From Owenia fusiformis (Eukaryota), in contig CAIIXF020000001.1 of assembly GCA_903813345.2 (NCBI GenBank), positions 43,090,001-43,154,000 of the forward strand: a DNA stretch of 64,000 nucleotides, given 5' to 3'. Below are positions 1 to 15,100 of the stretch, one piece after another. The notes under the pieces are model-generated. The model worked only from the letters and a program-made list of their open reading frames with translations. It made no database searches and was not told the origin of the DNA. A program made the translations under genes and the position numbers. Each line of letters starts with the position of its first letter. Position 1 is the first letter of the stretch.

Positions 1-115
1 GCATGCGCTTTGCGTCGATAAATAAGATGGAAAAAGTTCGCAAGTTTTTTTCTTTCTTTTTACCAAAATTGCATTATGATATAGTTTGCTGTAGACAATT
101 ATACCCTGTGTGGTG

Positions 116-148
116 ATGGCAGGGGAAACAAAGAAACCCCAGAAGTCG
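116..148 (+). CDS. SZT2: SZT2 coding exon 1 ([11 protein letters not shown])
   Basis: ATG at 116, donor GTAAGT at 149, phase 0; similar to the short first coding exon of human SZT2. Confidence 0.75.
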
Positions 149-3100
149 GTAAGTCTGCGCAAAACCTATTTTGACTTAAAATATTTGAGAAGGAAAGAAA
201 AGTAGGTCAAAATAAAAATCAGCTGCTTGGAAAAATGTTGCAACTTACTCACTTCGAGAGCCATGTTAGATTTTGAAACTTATGGCTCTCAAACGGAGAA
301 GTGAACAGCTGATCAATAGTGACCTTTGAAATTGAATTAAGTCGATCCGCGGCTTACTTTTGGTCTCTAACTGTGTCTTACATCAGTATCATCAATCCGT
401 GTACTATTTTTTTCAAGGCCTGTCTGCGTCGCTAACATGCTAAATATAAGAGTTAGCTGACGTTTGGGAGTCTGACTTACCTTCTAAAGGTTAGAACCCG
501 AATCTTAATGAAACTATATCACCTTTGTTGCGTCGATGATGATGCATAAACATAGCATTTGATAGAAATTAGCGTAAATGCTTTTCCGACTTTTTCATTT
601 TTCATCAATGTTGACTTCCGGGAAGGCGTTGTAGTTATCACGAAATAACGCATTGACCCTTGAACTTTACTTTGTTGACGTGTCAACCAAGCATGTCTGG
701 TGTGAAAATTAAAAGAATATTAAGCAATGTTCTACATCCGCCAAGCTAAGTGAAGTAGTCAATATTAAAAATTACCAATTTCAAGTGAAGTACGCAACGA
801 ACGAAACTGCGTGATCTACACTCCCACTATTGGTCTGAATGAAATGCTACGTAGAAATATGAGCCGTCTGCTGTATTAGTCGATTAATAGAGAAAGACCT
901 GTTGGTGATGCTTTATAATTTAGACCAAAACATTGAAGAACAAACGAACCTGTAAATCGTGAAAACAACGAACAAATATTCGGTTTTCACATATGTTCGG
1001 TAATTTTTCGTATTGAAACTTCCGGAACTTACAAGGAAATCATTCATTTTCTCGATCCATGATTTACCTCTTGGATGTTGTGGCAAATGCTCCATGGTTG
1101 ACGGAACAAAGGTGATATGGTTTCATTAAGATTCGGGTTCTAACCTTTAGAAGGTAAGTCAGACTCCCAAACGTCAGCTAACTCTTATATTTAGCATGTT
1201 AGCGACGCAGACAGGCCTTGAAAAAAATAGTAAGTATTGGAGCGCTGGAGTACTTCTTTTTCGATCAAGACTTGTAAATTGTTCATCGAGTTAAAGTTTT
1301 ACAGACCTATTTCCAATATGGCGGTTTGCTAGGTGCGAGATACGCAACGAACGAAATGAATTTTGAGAATTAGTTAGGTTCGGACAACCTCCGGAGATTT
1401 AAGAAAATGTCCGAGCAGAAACCGCCATATTGGAATTTGGCAGTAGAACGATTCACTCGACTAACAATTACAAGTCTTGATCGAAAAAGAAGTACTCCAG
1501 CGCTCCAATACTTACACGGATTGATGATACTGATGTAAGACACAGTTAGAGACCAAAAGTAAGCCGCGGATCGACTTAATTCGATTTCAAAGGTCACGAT
1601 CATTGAGCTGTCCAAATGCTCCGTGGGAAAGCTATTATATCAAAATCCAAATAGCTTTCGCAGGAAGTAAGTTGCAACCACAGCTACCGGAACAAATAGG
1701 AGAGTTGTCCAAAAAAGAAAATCCACCATCACAATTATCTGTATACCATAAAGACTATAGACTTAGAATTTCACCATGTACTTTAATAATCATCTGTCAC
1801 TGCCTAATTTTTACAATGGGCCCCCACGAAGTGGGCGAAGCTAACTCACTTCGATATATATGTCACGATATTTCCATAATAACAAAACGAAAAAACGGTA
1901 CTTTTAAAATGTCAATATTTTCTGTCCCTATATCTTGACACTGTTGCACTTCGAGAGCCATGTTAGATTTTGAAACTTATGGCTCTCAAACGGGGAAGTG
2001 AACAGCTGATTAATAGTGACCTTTGAAATCGAATTAAGTCGATCCGCGGCTTACTTTTGGTCTCTAACTGTGTCTTACATCAGTATCATCAATCCGTGTA
2101 AGTATTGGAGCGCTGAACTACTTCCTTTTCGATGAAGACTTGTAATTGTTAGTCGAGTGAATGTTTTTACTGCCAAATTCCAATATGGCGTTTTCTGCTC
2201 AGACATTTTCGTAAATCTCCGGAGGTTGTCCGAATCTAACTAATTCTCAAAATTCATTTCGTTTGTTGCGTATCTCGCTCCTAGCAAACCGCCATATTGG
2301 AAATAGGTCTAAAAAACATTCACTCGATGAACAATTTACAAGTCTTGATCGAAAAAGAAGTTTTCAGCGCTCAAAAATAGCATTATGGCCTTCATATTTT
2401 TCTAGTGTCATTTTCAGTGGATTATCTTGTTGTCCCATGCACCGTGAACATGTAACATGATCTACATTTAGAAGTCTTCTTAATACAGACCTCAACTCAA
2501 TTTTTTATACCATGGCCTATAAAACAGGGGTCCTCAGTCAAACTCTGATGTATTGGATTAGTTCATCATGGTGCTATTTGGCAAAATGGCCTCCTACTAG
2601 CTTATTTTTCATTAGCCTTTTTTATGTTATTTTATGTTTTTTTATTGTACCTTGAAAAGTAGTGGAGCTATTTTGTTGAAATTTTTTGTGTGACTACTTA
2701 AAGGCATATTACAGTTTCTTATGACAGTTTGGCTTGTGAGCAACCATTTTGAAAAAGGACCACCACATATATTCATAATAATAATAACTGGAAAAGAAGT
2801 GGAGTGATTTTGATGAAATTATATTTGTGATTACTTTGAGGCATATTACGCTGTATCTAGTGACAATTTTTCTAATAGGCGACCATTCTCAAAAATGTCA
2901 GCCATTCGCTGGGATTTGCTACACCTTGCTGTTATCTAATTTATATTGTCTGTTAATATGGGAGATGATTATTAGATACGAGGTGAGATATAAGGCTTAT
3001 AGCACAGGGTGAAATGTTTTCATAAGTCTCCTTTTTTTTGAGGTATGCAGAGAGTTTTTTTTAAACATTTCTACTACCTGTTCCTGTGCCTAGCCAGTTC

Positions 3101-6100
3101 ATCTGTCAAGAAAAGAAAGTCTAACCCTGCTCAACTACTTGGAACAGATACTGGGGGTGCATTTTTTTTCATTACAGCTTTGCTATATTGCGAAGTAATG
3201 AAAATGTTAGTCTGTCAAACCTAAAAAATAAGCAAACAAAAAAGCAATCCAAACATTTGCTATAAAATATATTAGTTGACGATACATTGGGTATAAGAAT
3301 TTACCATTCATTTTAGCCCTAGAACTGGTTATTTGTGATATTCATTTTGTTTCTGATATTCTCTGTAGGTGGTGGAGGCAAGTCAGGTTTACCTGCTTAT
3401 GACCGAAGAGTACAGGATTTCCCGCAATATTCGTGCATCTTGGTACTTCAATCATCTTAACACAGATATAGAAATATCAACTAAAGATGAGTCAGTAAGT
3501 ATTTTGGAGTGATGATTATTTGAATGTGGCGTGTCAGTCTTGAAAGTTCTCTGTATTTTGCTAGCTATTTCAAGCCATGTCCGTGATAATTAACAGTCAG
3601 GAATTGAGATGATGACTAAACTTAAGGTAGATTATAGAGTTGTAATTCAACAAGTTGAAATAATCAATTCCAAAAACTAAGCCATGATATATATACCTTT
3701 TCGCAAGAGTTTGATTTACATCTTAAAAAGAAGGCTGCACTCCTTTGCCTAAATCAGATGTACATGTAAGATTGTAAGTGTTTGGTCTGGCCTTTCCATT
3801 CAAAATCAATGATGCAAAAACTACCTAATCAGAAAGCCAAGCCATATACCAAAATGTAGCTCATCTTCATTTCATGTTTAGACTCCCATTGAAGAAAACT
3901 CCATGAAAAAAGCAAATTATTATATAAAAACACATCCAGGCTAAACAAAATATTATTTAAGATTATATTAATTATTTCCTCAAGCCTAATAGCAGGTTAT
4001 TTGTTCTTGCAGTCTGAGTTCAAAGAACTTGAGGTTTTGGCAATAGAGGGCTCTGCCCTACAAAACAAACTCAGTGAAGAGACCCAAGAAGAAAGAATCT
4101 ACAAACTTACAACAAATTCTATTGTTCACTTCATAGCCCGTCAGTATAGACTTGTGTTTGCTTTGGACCTGAGTCCTTCGCTGGCATCTGTGGTAAGACT
4201 TTATTACATGTATGCTTAGTGTCATATTAAATCTCTGTACCAGACCAACTCTACCCCAATATTTCATTGAAATGTTCTGGAATGCAATGCGAGAGAATCA
4301 TATAGATTTGGTAGCCAAAATTTATATTGGCAACAAAATTAAGTCAAATGACGATAAATGAGAATCTGCAAATGATATACAATTATTGTTCTCTCCTTTT
4401 TCTCTAGTGGTCTTCTGTATGTTTGGCCATTAATTTGAAATTGTATTATTGAATCTTAACGATACCATTATGTCTTTATTTATAATTTTCAGAACTTGCA
4501 TTCTGGTGAGGTAATTTATGATGAAGTGTTCACTGCTCTGAGCAATACTCTTAGAGGACTTGTGCGCCCAGTAAGTGTTTTGAGATAAAATTATTTTTTA
4601 TCCTCTGAACGTAGAGCTCCAGACATTTACATCCTGGAGGAACATAATGGAAAAAGTATGATGCCCTGCATTTGGAGGATAGTTTTCCAGTTTTTAAAAT
4701 TCATAAATATTTTTTCTGACCTTGGAAATAAAGTTGTGTTTTATAGCAGTTTTAAGTTTGTTATCACAAAGTGAAAATGCTAGGACTGTGTTCAATTGAC
4801 ATAATAATGTAAGATACAAAGTTGTATTCTATGATTTGCTCATCAAAATGCAGAGCATAGTAATATGTTACATCTATCAATCAATTTATTTGAAACAATT
4901 TTTAATTCTTTCAGTTCTATGTGCCAGGTTGTAGAGTGGCAATAGCCCCTCAAGTACACATAACTGTGATTGCCCACACACCAGTGGTATCATGTAGAGC
5001 ACAGCAGGTGAGTCCTTCCAATAGTTCATTGTTCCTCTCATCTTTTGTTACATAACTAGCTCAGCACTAATTGGTTTCTCTTTGGGTGACAATCTAAAGT
5101 GAGAGAAGACAATCTTTACATCTGATTGATTAGTTGAAATAGATCATGTGACCAAAATCATATGACCAACTAATATAGTAATACTGTAGTAACTCTTACA
5201 TGTTTAATTTATCAGCTAAAATTATCAAAGGAAAACATCTGAAACAATTTGTACCTTTATTATAGAAAAAGCTATCCATTAATATTTCGAAGTGTCAGGA
5301 ATAGTCACACAATGAAATTAACTTTTGTCAAAAATGAGATTAGTAAAAAAAATGACATAGTAACACACATGTACAGTAGATATTTAAATATACTTACACT
5401 GGCCAACCCTGGTTATCAGGCTTATTATATTATTTTGGTTAGGTTCTAGCACAAGGTGTGATGGTCACTGCTAAGAATGTGGAGATCTTCCTGAAGGAGA
5501 TACAACAAGAACTTGACAAATTTGAAAACATCACAGCTGAGTCATTTGCTAAGCTGGTTGAGCATGAACTATCTGAGGTATTTATTTCATAAATATATGT
5601 TTCACTTTGCATCAGTTTATTAATTCAATCCATCATCTATCTTAAATAACTGGTTAAAGAAAATTGTCACGCATAAAGAAATGTATTTCCCTTTACTATC
5701 TTTTTGCTTAAACATCGGAGGCACCAGAGTTTATTTACTATAGCTATGAGAAAAGAAACTTTCGATCTTAAATATCAGCTAATTAGCTTGCTTGTATCTA
5801 TAACAAATCCAGTCTTATTAATATTTCTAATTTGTCTTTCCAATTCTAGGAAGAGGCTCCTGAACATGTTATTTTCGGACTGTTCGACAATGATGGGGAA
5901 GATGAGCCCCATGAAGACCCCCCAGAAGAAACTCCTAACTTGCTGGTATCTCCTGAGACGAGCTTTGTGAATCTGTTACGCTATGGGATCCTAGCTCTCC
6001 AACTCCTTCCTGAAAACACCAGTGCAGGTATGCAAATGTTTTTAATTAGAGGGGAAGCTTGTTCTAATAAATATTTAAAAGTTGTAGCTTTCAGTTTTTT

Positions 6101-9100
6101 ATTTTTTCATTTTGAGCTTACGTCCCTGTTGATGGTGTTAAATGTTATTATGTCCCATAGAATAATCTTAAGGCATTTGTCTATCTTGTTCAATGAGATT
6201 ATCATAGGATTATAGGATAACAACATAAGCCATGTTTGTCATTAATTCCAGAGATACATGAACTTAACAGCAAAACAAAAAACAACATCTTCCTTATCTA
6301 AAAAGAATCCTGTCTTTTAGAAAATATAGTGTCCCATTTTCTCTAGTTCTGTTTCAATACAACACTGTTTCTACTGGGATAACACCAGATTCTGTCACAT
6401 TCATTTTATCGCTCGTTTACACCAGATTTTAGCAAAACATGAAAACCCCTTAAATTCATTTGCAGGTATGATTGTGATTACTGAGGGAATGGTTGGCTTG
6501 CCTGACACATCATTGTTTGAGTCTCTCCTAGTGCAGCTACGTAACAGCACAATCGCCTGCTCATTTATCCAAGTGGGCAGCAAGAACTGTGCGGGCAGTG
6601 GTTGGGGTCACATGGCCTATGTTGAGTTGATGCAGTTTATCGCAACAGCAACGTTTGGTGCCTTTTTCGCAAATGCTCCTGTAGTGGTAAGTCACTTGTT
6701 TTTTTTTAGAATTTTACTTCATAATTATTTTTCTTTGTTTTACCTTCCACATACACATGCACATTGCATCATCTTTGGTTTTTCACCAGCCACCAACTTT
6801 TTTGAATACAAAGAATTTGTAAGTCTTTTAACTTAACAACCACCATTCCTTCAGTTCTCAGCTGTAACCCCAGTGACCTTACATATTTGAGTCGAATTGT
6901 TTTACATTATGTTTACATTTGTATTTCTTGATGTTATTGCAGCCTTTGGAGGCTGAAGGGGAGGAGGGTCTGAACATATACCACAAAGCATTCTTCCTAT
7001 GGAGCTTCCAGAAAGGTCTTGAAGGGTTCAATGTAGATGTCTCTAGTCAGCTCTCAAAAGTGAAGAAACCTGCTGAAGAATTGGTTTGGTCTGAAAGGTA
7101 ACCTCAGAATTAGTGATGGAATTTCTTTGGAAGTAAAAAAAGTGGCAGATTTAGATGGGGGGGGGGGGGTGGTGCACATATTTTAGATTACAGAATTAAT
7201 TTAATTTACCAATACAACTTCTAATTATTGCCTTCATTTATGCGTAGACAGAAAGAGAATGATTTAGACATATATGCCTCTCCCTCTCCAAAATGTTAAA
7301 AGTGTAATGTACAAGGGTTGATCATAAAGTTCTCACAATATCTCAATTCACATGAAGATAGTCATGTTTAATGTTTAATGGGAGTATGGTATTCTAGTAA
7401 GTTTTTTTTTATTTGCCCTTGGTACCTTGATTATAGGTTACTATGGCAATCATTTCTTATTTAGTATTTCTGTTACACTGATTCTTGCTTGATTAATAAG
7501 GCACTCTTTGCTGCACATTCTGTATTAAAATATATTAAAAATAAAGAAATTAGAGAGATACTGTGAGAACTTTATGATCAACCATTGTGTGACACCTTAG
7601 ATTCTGTATCCTCTATTTTTTGCTATAATTATGTTAACCAATCTTTCTTGAATTCATTTTATAGAATACTCACTCCATCTGGAAGTAGCATTTGGGAACC
7701 TATCATAATGCGCAAGAAACAATTGGAGAAAACGCTACAAAGTCCATTAGCGAGTATTATATCGCTGCGGCTTAGGGAGGGCTATACAATCAAACATGTC
7801 ACGATAAAAGGTATTGCCTTGTCTTTTATTACTTAACATGTAGAAATAGTATGCATTGTACAAGTATTACATTTTAAATTTGGTGCAGGTGGAATGTGTT
7901 TAACCTGTTTCATTTTATTCATATTCTGATCTCAGAATTTCTATTGAAAGATATATTTATTACTTTGTCTATTGGACTGTAAATATGAAGTATTACACCC
8001 ATGTTCATTAAATGCCCCACCCATATTCCTTGTGGATACAAGATAAGCTATACAACACCTTAAAGTGTAAGATGAGATCTAAAATATAGTGTTTAAAATT
8101 AGTGAAGCTCTGTCAGTGATAGGCCCTTGTGTAATTTGTTTATATTCCCTTCTACCTGAACAGGTGAGAGTCAAATAGAGGTGTGCCTTATGCTGCCTTG
8201 GAGGGACCATGTCAAAATAGAATATACAGCATCATCTGTCTGGCCCCTCAGCAGAACTAAGTAAGTGGTTTATACATACCATCATATATTTTCAAGACCA
8301 TAATAATTATTATTTTGATCATGGACATATATTTATTTTAAAACTCTCGTTAATATTACATCATGCAATCCCATCTTACTTTTTATTATCGTACCTAACA
8401 AGAGGTACGATATTGTAGTCAGCTTGACGGGCGGCGGGCGGGCGGCGTCTCACTTTTCAGTAGGGATGGGACGGTTCGGTTCGGTTCGGTTTTTCGGATC
8501 ATCAGCCGTCGGTTCGGTTTTTTTCGGTTCGGTTCATTCATTTTAAGGATTTGTATTAATTGACATGATTAGCTGCTTTGTCTCTGATGTTATAACAATA
8601 TTTTATAGATGGAATTTTATGTTATAGTATTTCATGAACAATACATATTATTTAGAATACACGACTAAAGAATATAGTACCAGGGACCACATGATTGATT
8701 ACCGAGGGATACGAATACGCGGATACGAAACGAATCTAGTAAACGAGTGAGCTAGCAACAGACAAGACAGACAAGACTAGGAATATCAAAAATGTTGCTG
8801 TAAAACAGTGTTTTTAACTGTTTTATTGATACTTGACCAATGAAATATTAATCCGAAAACGATCCGAAAAGCTGATCCGAAAGTAGGGCCGTGATCCGAA
8901 AACCGATCCGAAGGCTATGAACCACGGTTTTTCGGTATTTCGGTTATCTGTCCCACCCCTACTTCTCAGCTTGTCTACAGGTTTCCAGCCAAACCATTTG
9001 AGGGATTCATCTGAAATTTTCAGGGATGTTTCTACATATCAAAGTCAAGAACTGATTAGTTTTTGGGCATTCTGGGTAAATTTTAAGGTGGCCATTTTGG

Positions 9101-12100
9101 ATTTTCGGTCCTAAAATCTTCACTTTCAAGACTTGTGTACAGGTTTTCAGCCAAACCATTTGAGGCATTCATCTGAAATTTTCAGGCATGTTTCTACATA
9201 TCAACGTCAAGAACTGATTAGTTTTTGGGCATTCTGGGTAAATTTTAAGGTGGCCATTTTGGATTTTCCGTCCTAAAATCTTTACTTTCAAGACTTGTCT
9301 ACAGGTTTCCAGCCAAACCTTTTGAGGGATTCATCTGAAATTTTCAGGGATGTTTCTACATATCAACGTCAAGAACTGATTAGTTTTTGGGCATTCTGGG
9401 TAAATTTTAAGGTGGCCATTTTGGATTTTCTGTCCTAAAATCTTCACTTTCAAGACTTGTCTACAGATTTTCAGCCACACCATTTGAGGGATTCATCTGA
9501 AATTTTCAGGGATGTTTCTACATATCAACATCAAGAACTGATTAGTTTTTGGGCATTCTGGTTAAATTTTAAGGTGGCCATTTTGGATTTTCTGTCCTAA
9601 AATCTTCACTTTCAAGACTTGTCTACAGATTTTCAGCCAAACCATTTGAGGGATTCATCTGAAATTTTCAGGGATGTTTCTACATATCAACGTCAAGAAC
9701 TGATTGGTTTTTGGGCATTCTGGGTAAATTTTAAGGTGGCCATTTTGGATTTTCCGTCCTAAAATCTTCACTTTCAAGACTTGTCTACAGGTCAAAGTCA
9801 AATGGCCAAACCATTTGAGGGATTCATCTGGAATTTTCAGGGATGTTTCTACATATCAACGTCAAGAACTGATTAGTTTTTGGGCATTCTGGGTAAATGT
9901 TAAGGCTGCCATTTTAGATTTTCCGTCCTAAAATCTTGTCTATCGAGGCTTGTCTACAGGTTTTCAGCCAAACCGTTCAAATTTTTACATATGTTACACA
10001 GTGATAAGTTCTAGAGCTGATTAACTTTTCTGCGGCCATCTTGCTTTCTTGGTCAACAAGACCACAATGCTGTGTTTTAGGTACGATATTGTTCACCTCT
10101 GTGCCTTGTTAATAATTTTAATCCAATTTAACAACACTGATTACAATTAAGAACCTCGTTTATTGCTTTGGAGTTCCTCTCGGCTTTTTCATTTACTCAT
10201 TATGTGACCTCTCATTGATAATACCACTCATATATGCACAAATGATTCCTCCTTTTAGTCGAGTAGCTCAAGTGACAGTAAATGTTGAAGGCAGCTATGA
10301 GTTCCTACATGACGTCACCTGCTCTGTCACTAAACCATTCAAGAGCAGATACAGATCAGCAATGGTGAAACGATACAGGCACACTATACAAGGGTAGCTA
10401 TAATGTTATTTCACAGGTTAAATACATTCCCAAAAATATTGTCAATTTAAGAATTTTCATTATTCGTACCATTCCTAATGAGTTTTATTTTCTAGAAATC
10501 CATAATAATAGTGCAAACCTCTTATTCTTCAAAATTATGTCCATGTATTTTATTTGAAAGAAAGTTTCACTTCTGATCTCTATTGCTGTAGTGTTAACAA
10601 TGATTTATACTGAGGAAAGTCTTGTACACAATGTACTCTACTTGTACAATGTATTATTCTAGGGAAAGTCTTGTATACAATGTATTATTCTAAGGGAAGT
10701 CTTGTATACAATGTATTATGCATGGAATTCTTGTGCACAAAGTATTATCCCATGTGAAGTCTTGCAAGGCTGAGATGACTCATATTAAATATTTGTTTCA
10801 GATTAACCCAAACAGACTGCTTGTTGGTACATTTGGAATCATTTGCCACCAATCCAGTGTTTTACCAGATACCAGAGAGGCTGTTGAATGGTGTACCTCT
10901 CTTCTACCAACCTCCCAACACCACAAATCCTGTACTTTCTATGCAACATAGCTCAAAGTAAAGTATTGTATAAATGTTGATTTAAAGAAAGTATCAACAC
11001 ATTGGTCATTTATTATCCCACCGAACGAAGTTCGTGAGGGATATAGGAAAGCCGTTCGTCCGTCCGTCCGTCCGTTCGTCCGTCTGTCCGTCCGTCCGTC
11101 TGTTTGTCCGGGCGATAACTCAAATACCGTTTCACGGATTTGATTCAAATTTTATAGACTTATGCCTTATGGGTGTAGGACCTCTGCTCGAGAAGGAATT
11201 TTCAATATGGCCACTGAATTCAAAATGGTCGCCATTTTTCGTAAAAAATGTAATCTTTAATAACTCAAATACTAGTTTGCGGATTTGGTTCAAATTTTAT
11301 ATGCTGATGCCTAGGGACACAGTAGATATGTTCGAGTAAAAATTTTCAAGATGGCGGCTAGATTTCAAAATGGTGGCCATTTTTCGTAAAAAAACTTAAT
11401 CTTTGATAACTCAAATACCAGTGAACGGATTTGGCTCAAATTTTATATGATAATGCCTAGCAACACAATTGATCTGTTCAAGAAAGAATTTTCAAGATGG
11501 CGGCTTGATATTCAAAATGGCGGCCATTTTTCGTAAAAAAAGGTAATCTTTGATAACTCAAATACCAGTAAACGGATTTGGCTCAAATTTTATATGATGA
11601 TGCCTAGGGACACAATAGATCTGTTCAAGAAAGAATTTTCAAGATGGCGGCTTGATATTCAAAATGGCAGCCATTTTTCGTAAAAAAAGGTAATCTTTGA
11701 TAACTCAAATACCAGTGAATGGATTTGGCTCAAATTTTATATGATGATGCCTAGGGACAAAGGAGATCTGTTCGAGAAAGAATTTTCAAGATGGCGGCTG
11801 AATTTCAAAATGGACGCCATTTTTCGTAAAAAACGTAATTTTTGATAACTCAAATACCAGTGAGCAGATTTGGCTCATTTTTAAGATGGTGGCTGAATTT
11901 CAAAATGGTAGCCATTTTTCATAAGAAAAAACGTAATCTTTGATAAGTCAAATACCAGTGAACAGATTTGGTTCAAATTTTATATGCTGATGCCTAGAAA
12001 CACAGTAGCTCTGTTCGAGAAAAAAATTTTAAGATGGTGGCTGATCTTCAGAATGGCTGCCATTTTTCATTTTCATTTTCGTAATCTTTGGTAACTCAAC

Positions 12101-15100
12101 TGCCGTTCGGTGGGATTTGCTACTCCGTGGAGTTGCTGTTTTTCTAGTTGTTGTCATATTTTGCAATTTGAATTTGGATTTTATTTTTAGTTCACTTTAT
12201 TAATTCTGTTGTTAAAAACTGATTCTTTAACCATTGATTTCAATTTCCTAATTTTAATATTTGAAAATATTTGTGCCAATATAATTTATTTGACAATATT
12301 TATATATCGTTTTCAGGGACAGTGTACTGTCACAGTTTGCTTCCTTTTGGAAACCAGTGGTCATGCTAGACATCAATATATGGTAAGAAATGTATATTAT
12401 ATATGTATCTGAACTCTTCTCGAAATACCTAGCTATCAGAAACATGGATGTTTGTTAAAAATATTTCAAATATATATTGATTAAAGTAAAATATTGATGA
12501 TGTTCTGTTAATAAGCAAAATGTAATCATTAATTTTACATTATATTATTACAGGCAAAAGTGGATGCATACTCACAGGATCGGGATAATTCTCGAGCATG
12601 ATGCTCCACTTGGGCGCCATCTACATATCCCAAACTCTACTGGTCGCTACAGTAATGCCCTCTGTAGACAAGCACTGACATCACTGAATGTACTCTTGCG
12701 GGACTGGTGTACATTTGTGTTGATGGAGAACCATTCATATATTAAATTGCTCTTTAGGTAAATGCAGATTGAAATTGATGGTGTCTTGTGTAAATTCTAG
12801 CAGGAGTAAATTATCAGTTTATCAAATACTAGAATAGGTTAATGAAAACACAGAATTAAATTCTGCGCTCAGGGCTGATGTGAAAAAGTCAATCCAACCT
12901 AGTGGGGATTGAACCTATGACTCCCTGCTTTCCAGGTTATTGCTCTTCCACTGAGCTATAATCAAATACTACAATAGTAGAATACTGTATAAGCGGTATT
13001 TAATCCGAGTGGTTAATTTTCCGAATGGTCAAATTTCATCATTTTCCTAATTTAAATTTTCCTAATGACAAGAAACCTCCCATTGGATAACATTATAAAG
13101 ACAATATTTCCGACATTTAATTTTCCGAACCTGGCAAAAATTAGGAAATAGGCAAATTAAATGATTAGGCAAAACTACCACTTATACAGTATTAGCCACT
13201 ATTTTGCAGGAATTTCTTATGTAGTAATGTTTCACTTTTGTACATTGTGATTTACTGTATTTAGCTTTTTGGTTGTAATATTTACTTGTTTATTTCAGTG
13301 AACAGGATAAACCTCCCACATCATTCTACTTACTTAGAGTTACATCTAAACCTCCATGTATGGTGCTACGTCTTGCATTTCTAGGAGGAACTCCAGGTTC
13401 AGAAAGACATCAGGTAAAATTTGATGATGTGTAACAAGCCTTTCTGCCCTATAGAATGTGAATAAGAATGAGGCTTATACAAATCTTGTAGATGTTCTTG
13501 ACTCTGTTGGCATCAATTAAAATATTAACTATAACTTTATTTTCGGCTTAGATTGTCCAGCAGTTGAAAGAGAAGGTGCTGGATTTGGGGTTCCCACAGA
13601 GGGGGACGCAGACTGAGGAGAAGCCTAAAGGGAAGTTAGGGGGAAAGCAGGGTAATCAGGGTGTGCATGTTGAAGTTCACACCCCTCCCCTACAGAGACA
13701 TTGGGCAGACATCAACTGCTGTGTCTCTTCATCAAAACCTGTAGAGAAAATCCTCATGAGGTGAGTGAAAATATTCACAAACTGAGTAAACACACTCCTC
13801 ATGGGGAGCAAAAATATTCACAAACTGAGTAAACATATTCCTCAAGGGGATTGAAAATATTCACAGACTAAATAACTATTCCACAAGGTGAGTGAAAATA
13901 TTCACAAACTGATAAAAATATCCCACAAGGCGAGTAAAAATATTCACAACCTGAGTAAATGTCACACAAATTGAGTGAAAAAATTTGTGTAGGATATTTA
14001 GTATTCATGAGATTTTAGAAATCTATGTGAGAAAAAGATAATACTCATAAAATTAATTTGAGAAAAAACACCCGAAGCAGATGGCATAGTATACTCATCA
14101 ACAACATCACATTAACTCTTTAAACAATGATTGAAATCTCTATATTTTTTCAGATATGAGCGTCTCCCAGATAACTTTATGTCCCTGCAGCCAGTCCACA
14201 GAGAGCAGTCACACCATGTCTTATTCCAATCCCAGCAATCTCAGAAGATGGCATCTAGCATGTATAATATACTGTCTCGCTATTTGTTCCACCAGCGCTG
14301 GGTGTGGTCAGTGCAGTATGGGAGTGCTACCTCCATTTCAATGCAAGCTATAGGCCGAGTTCTTGCCACTCTTACAAAGTATGTGTCATTTAAATTAAAG
14401 TGTTTCTGAATCATCTTGTTTAGATGGTATGTTAATGTCCACGAAATGTAGTGTTCTGTCTCGACTATTATAAGCTGCACAATTTTAAAACCATACTTAA
14501 TGGGATATATTAGGGTAAATGTTATATACATAATCAGGTCATTACCGAGATAATGTATAAAGGGTACTACATGTACATGTTATTTTTTCTTATTTTTCCC
14601 ATCAAAGTAATTGTCCACTTTTTCAGGTTGAGACTTCAGGAAGGTTTCAACATTGCACATACCAATTCTGGTATTATAAACCTTGTAGTGGAAGTACAGA
14701 TGAAGGTAAATGTCTCTCATGAATATATCAAATTCTTTTATTTCTAAAATCTGAAAAGTAAAAAATATATAAAAATATAAAAGTACTTGTCTCCTTATAA
14801 ACCAACCTTCAAGCTAAAAGAAAAAGAACAACAACAAATAATGTATTTATTAACAGATTGTCTCAGATTTATCTCAGATTTGTCTTTATTTTAGGTTCCC
14901 ATATGTGGTAAGGAGACTCCAGAAGAGAACCAACTCCAACAACAAGACAGTTTAAACACAGTTGATCTCAGACCATGCACAGTGCAATATATTTTATTCC
15001 CACCACACACAAACACTTCTAACAAAGAGGGGTATATCTTAAATCTTTTATAATTGCAAAAACTAAAGCATAGTAGATTAGTATTGGTAATGTAGTCATT

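Noticed and set aside
913..2460. ORFs of 60-111 aa in intron 1 (also 8917-9114, 10939-11339, 23248-23433)
   Set aside because: They lie within or between MITE/HINE repeats and show no transposase motifs.
12895..12958. tRNA gene
   Set aside because: A and B boxes are present, but acceptor and anticodon stems are broken and the region is flanked by direct repeats, so it is a SINE head.
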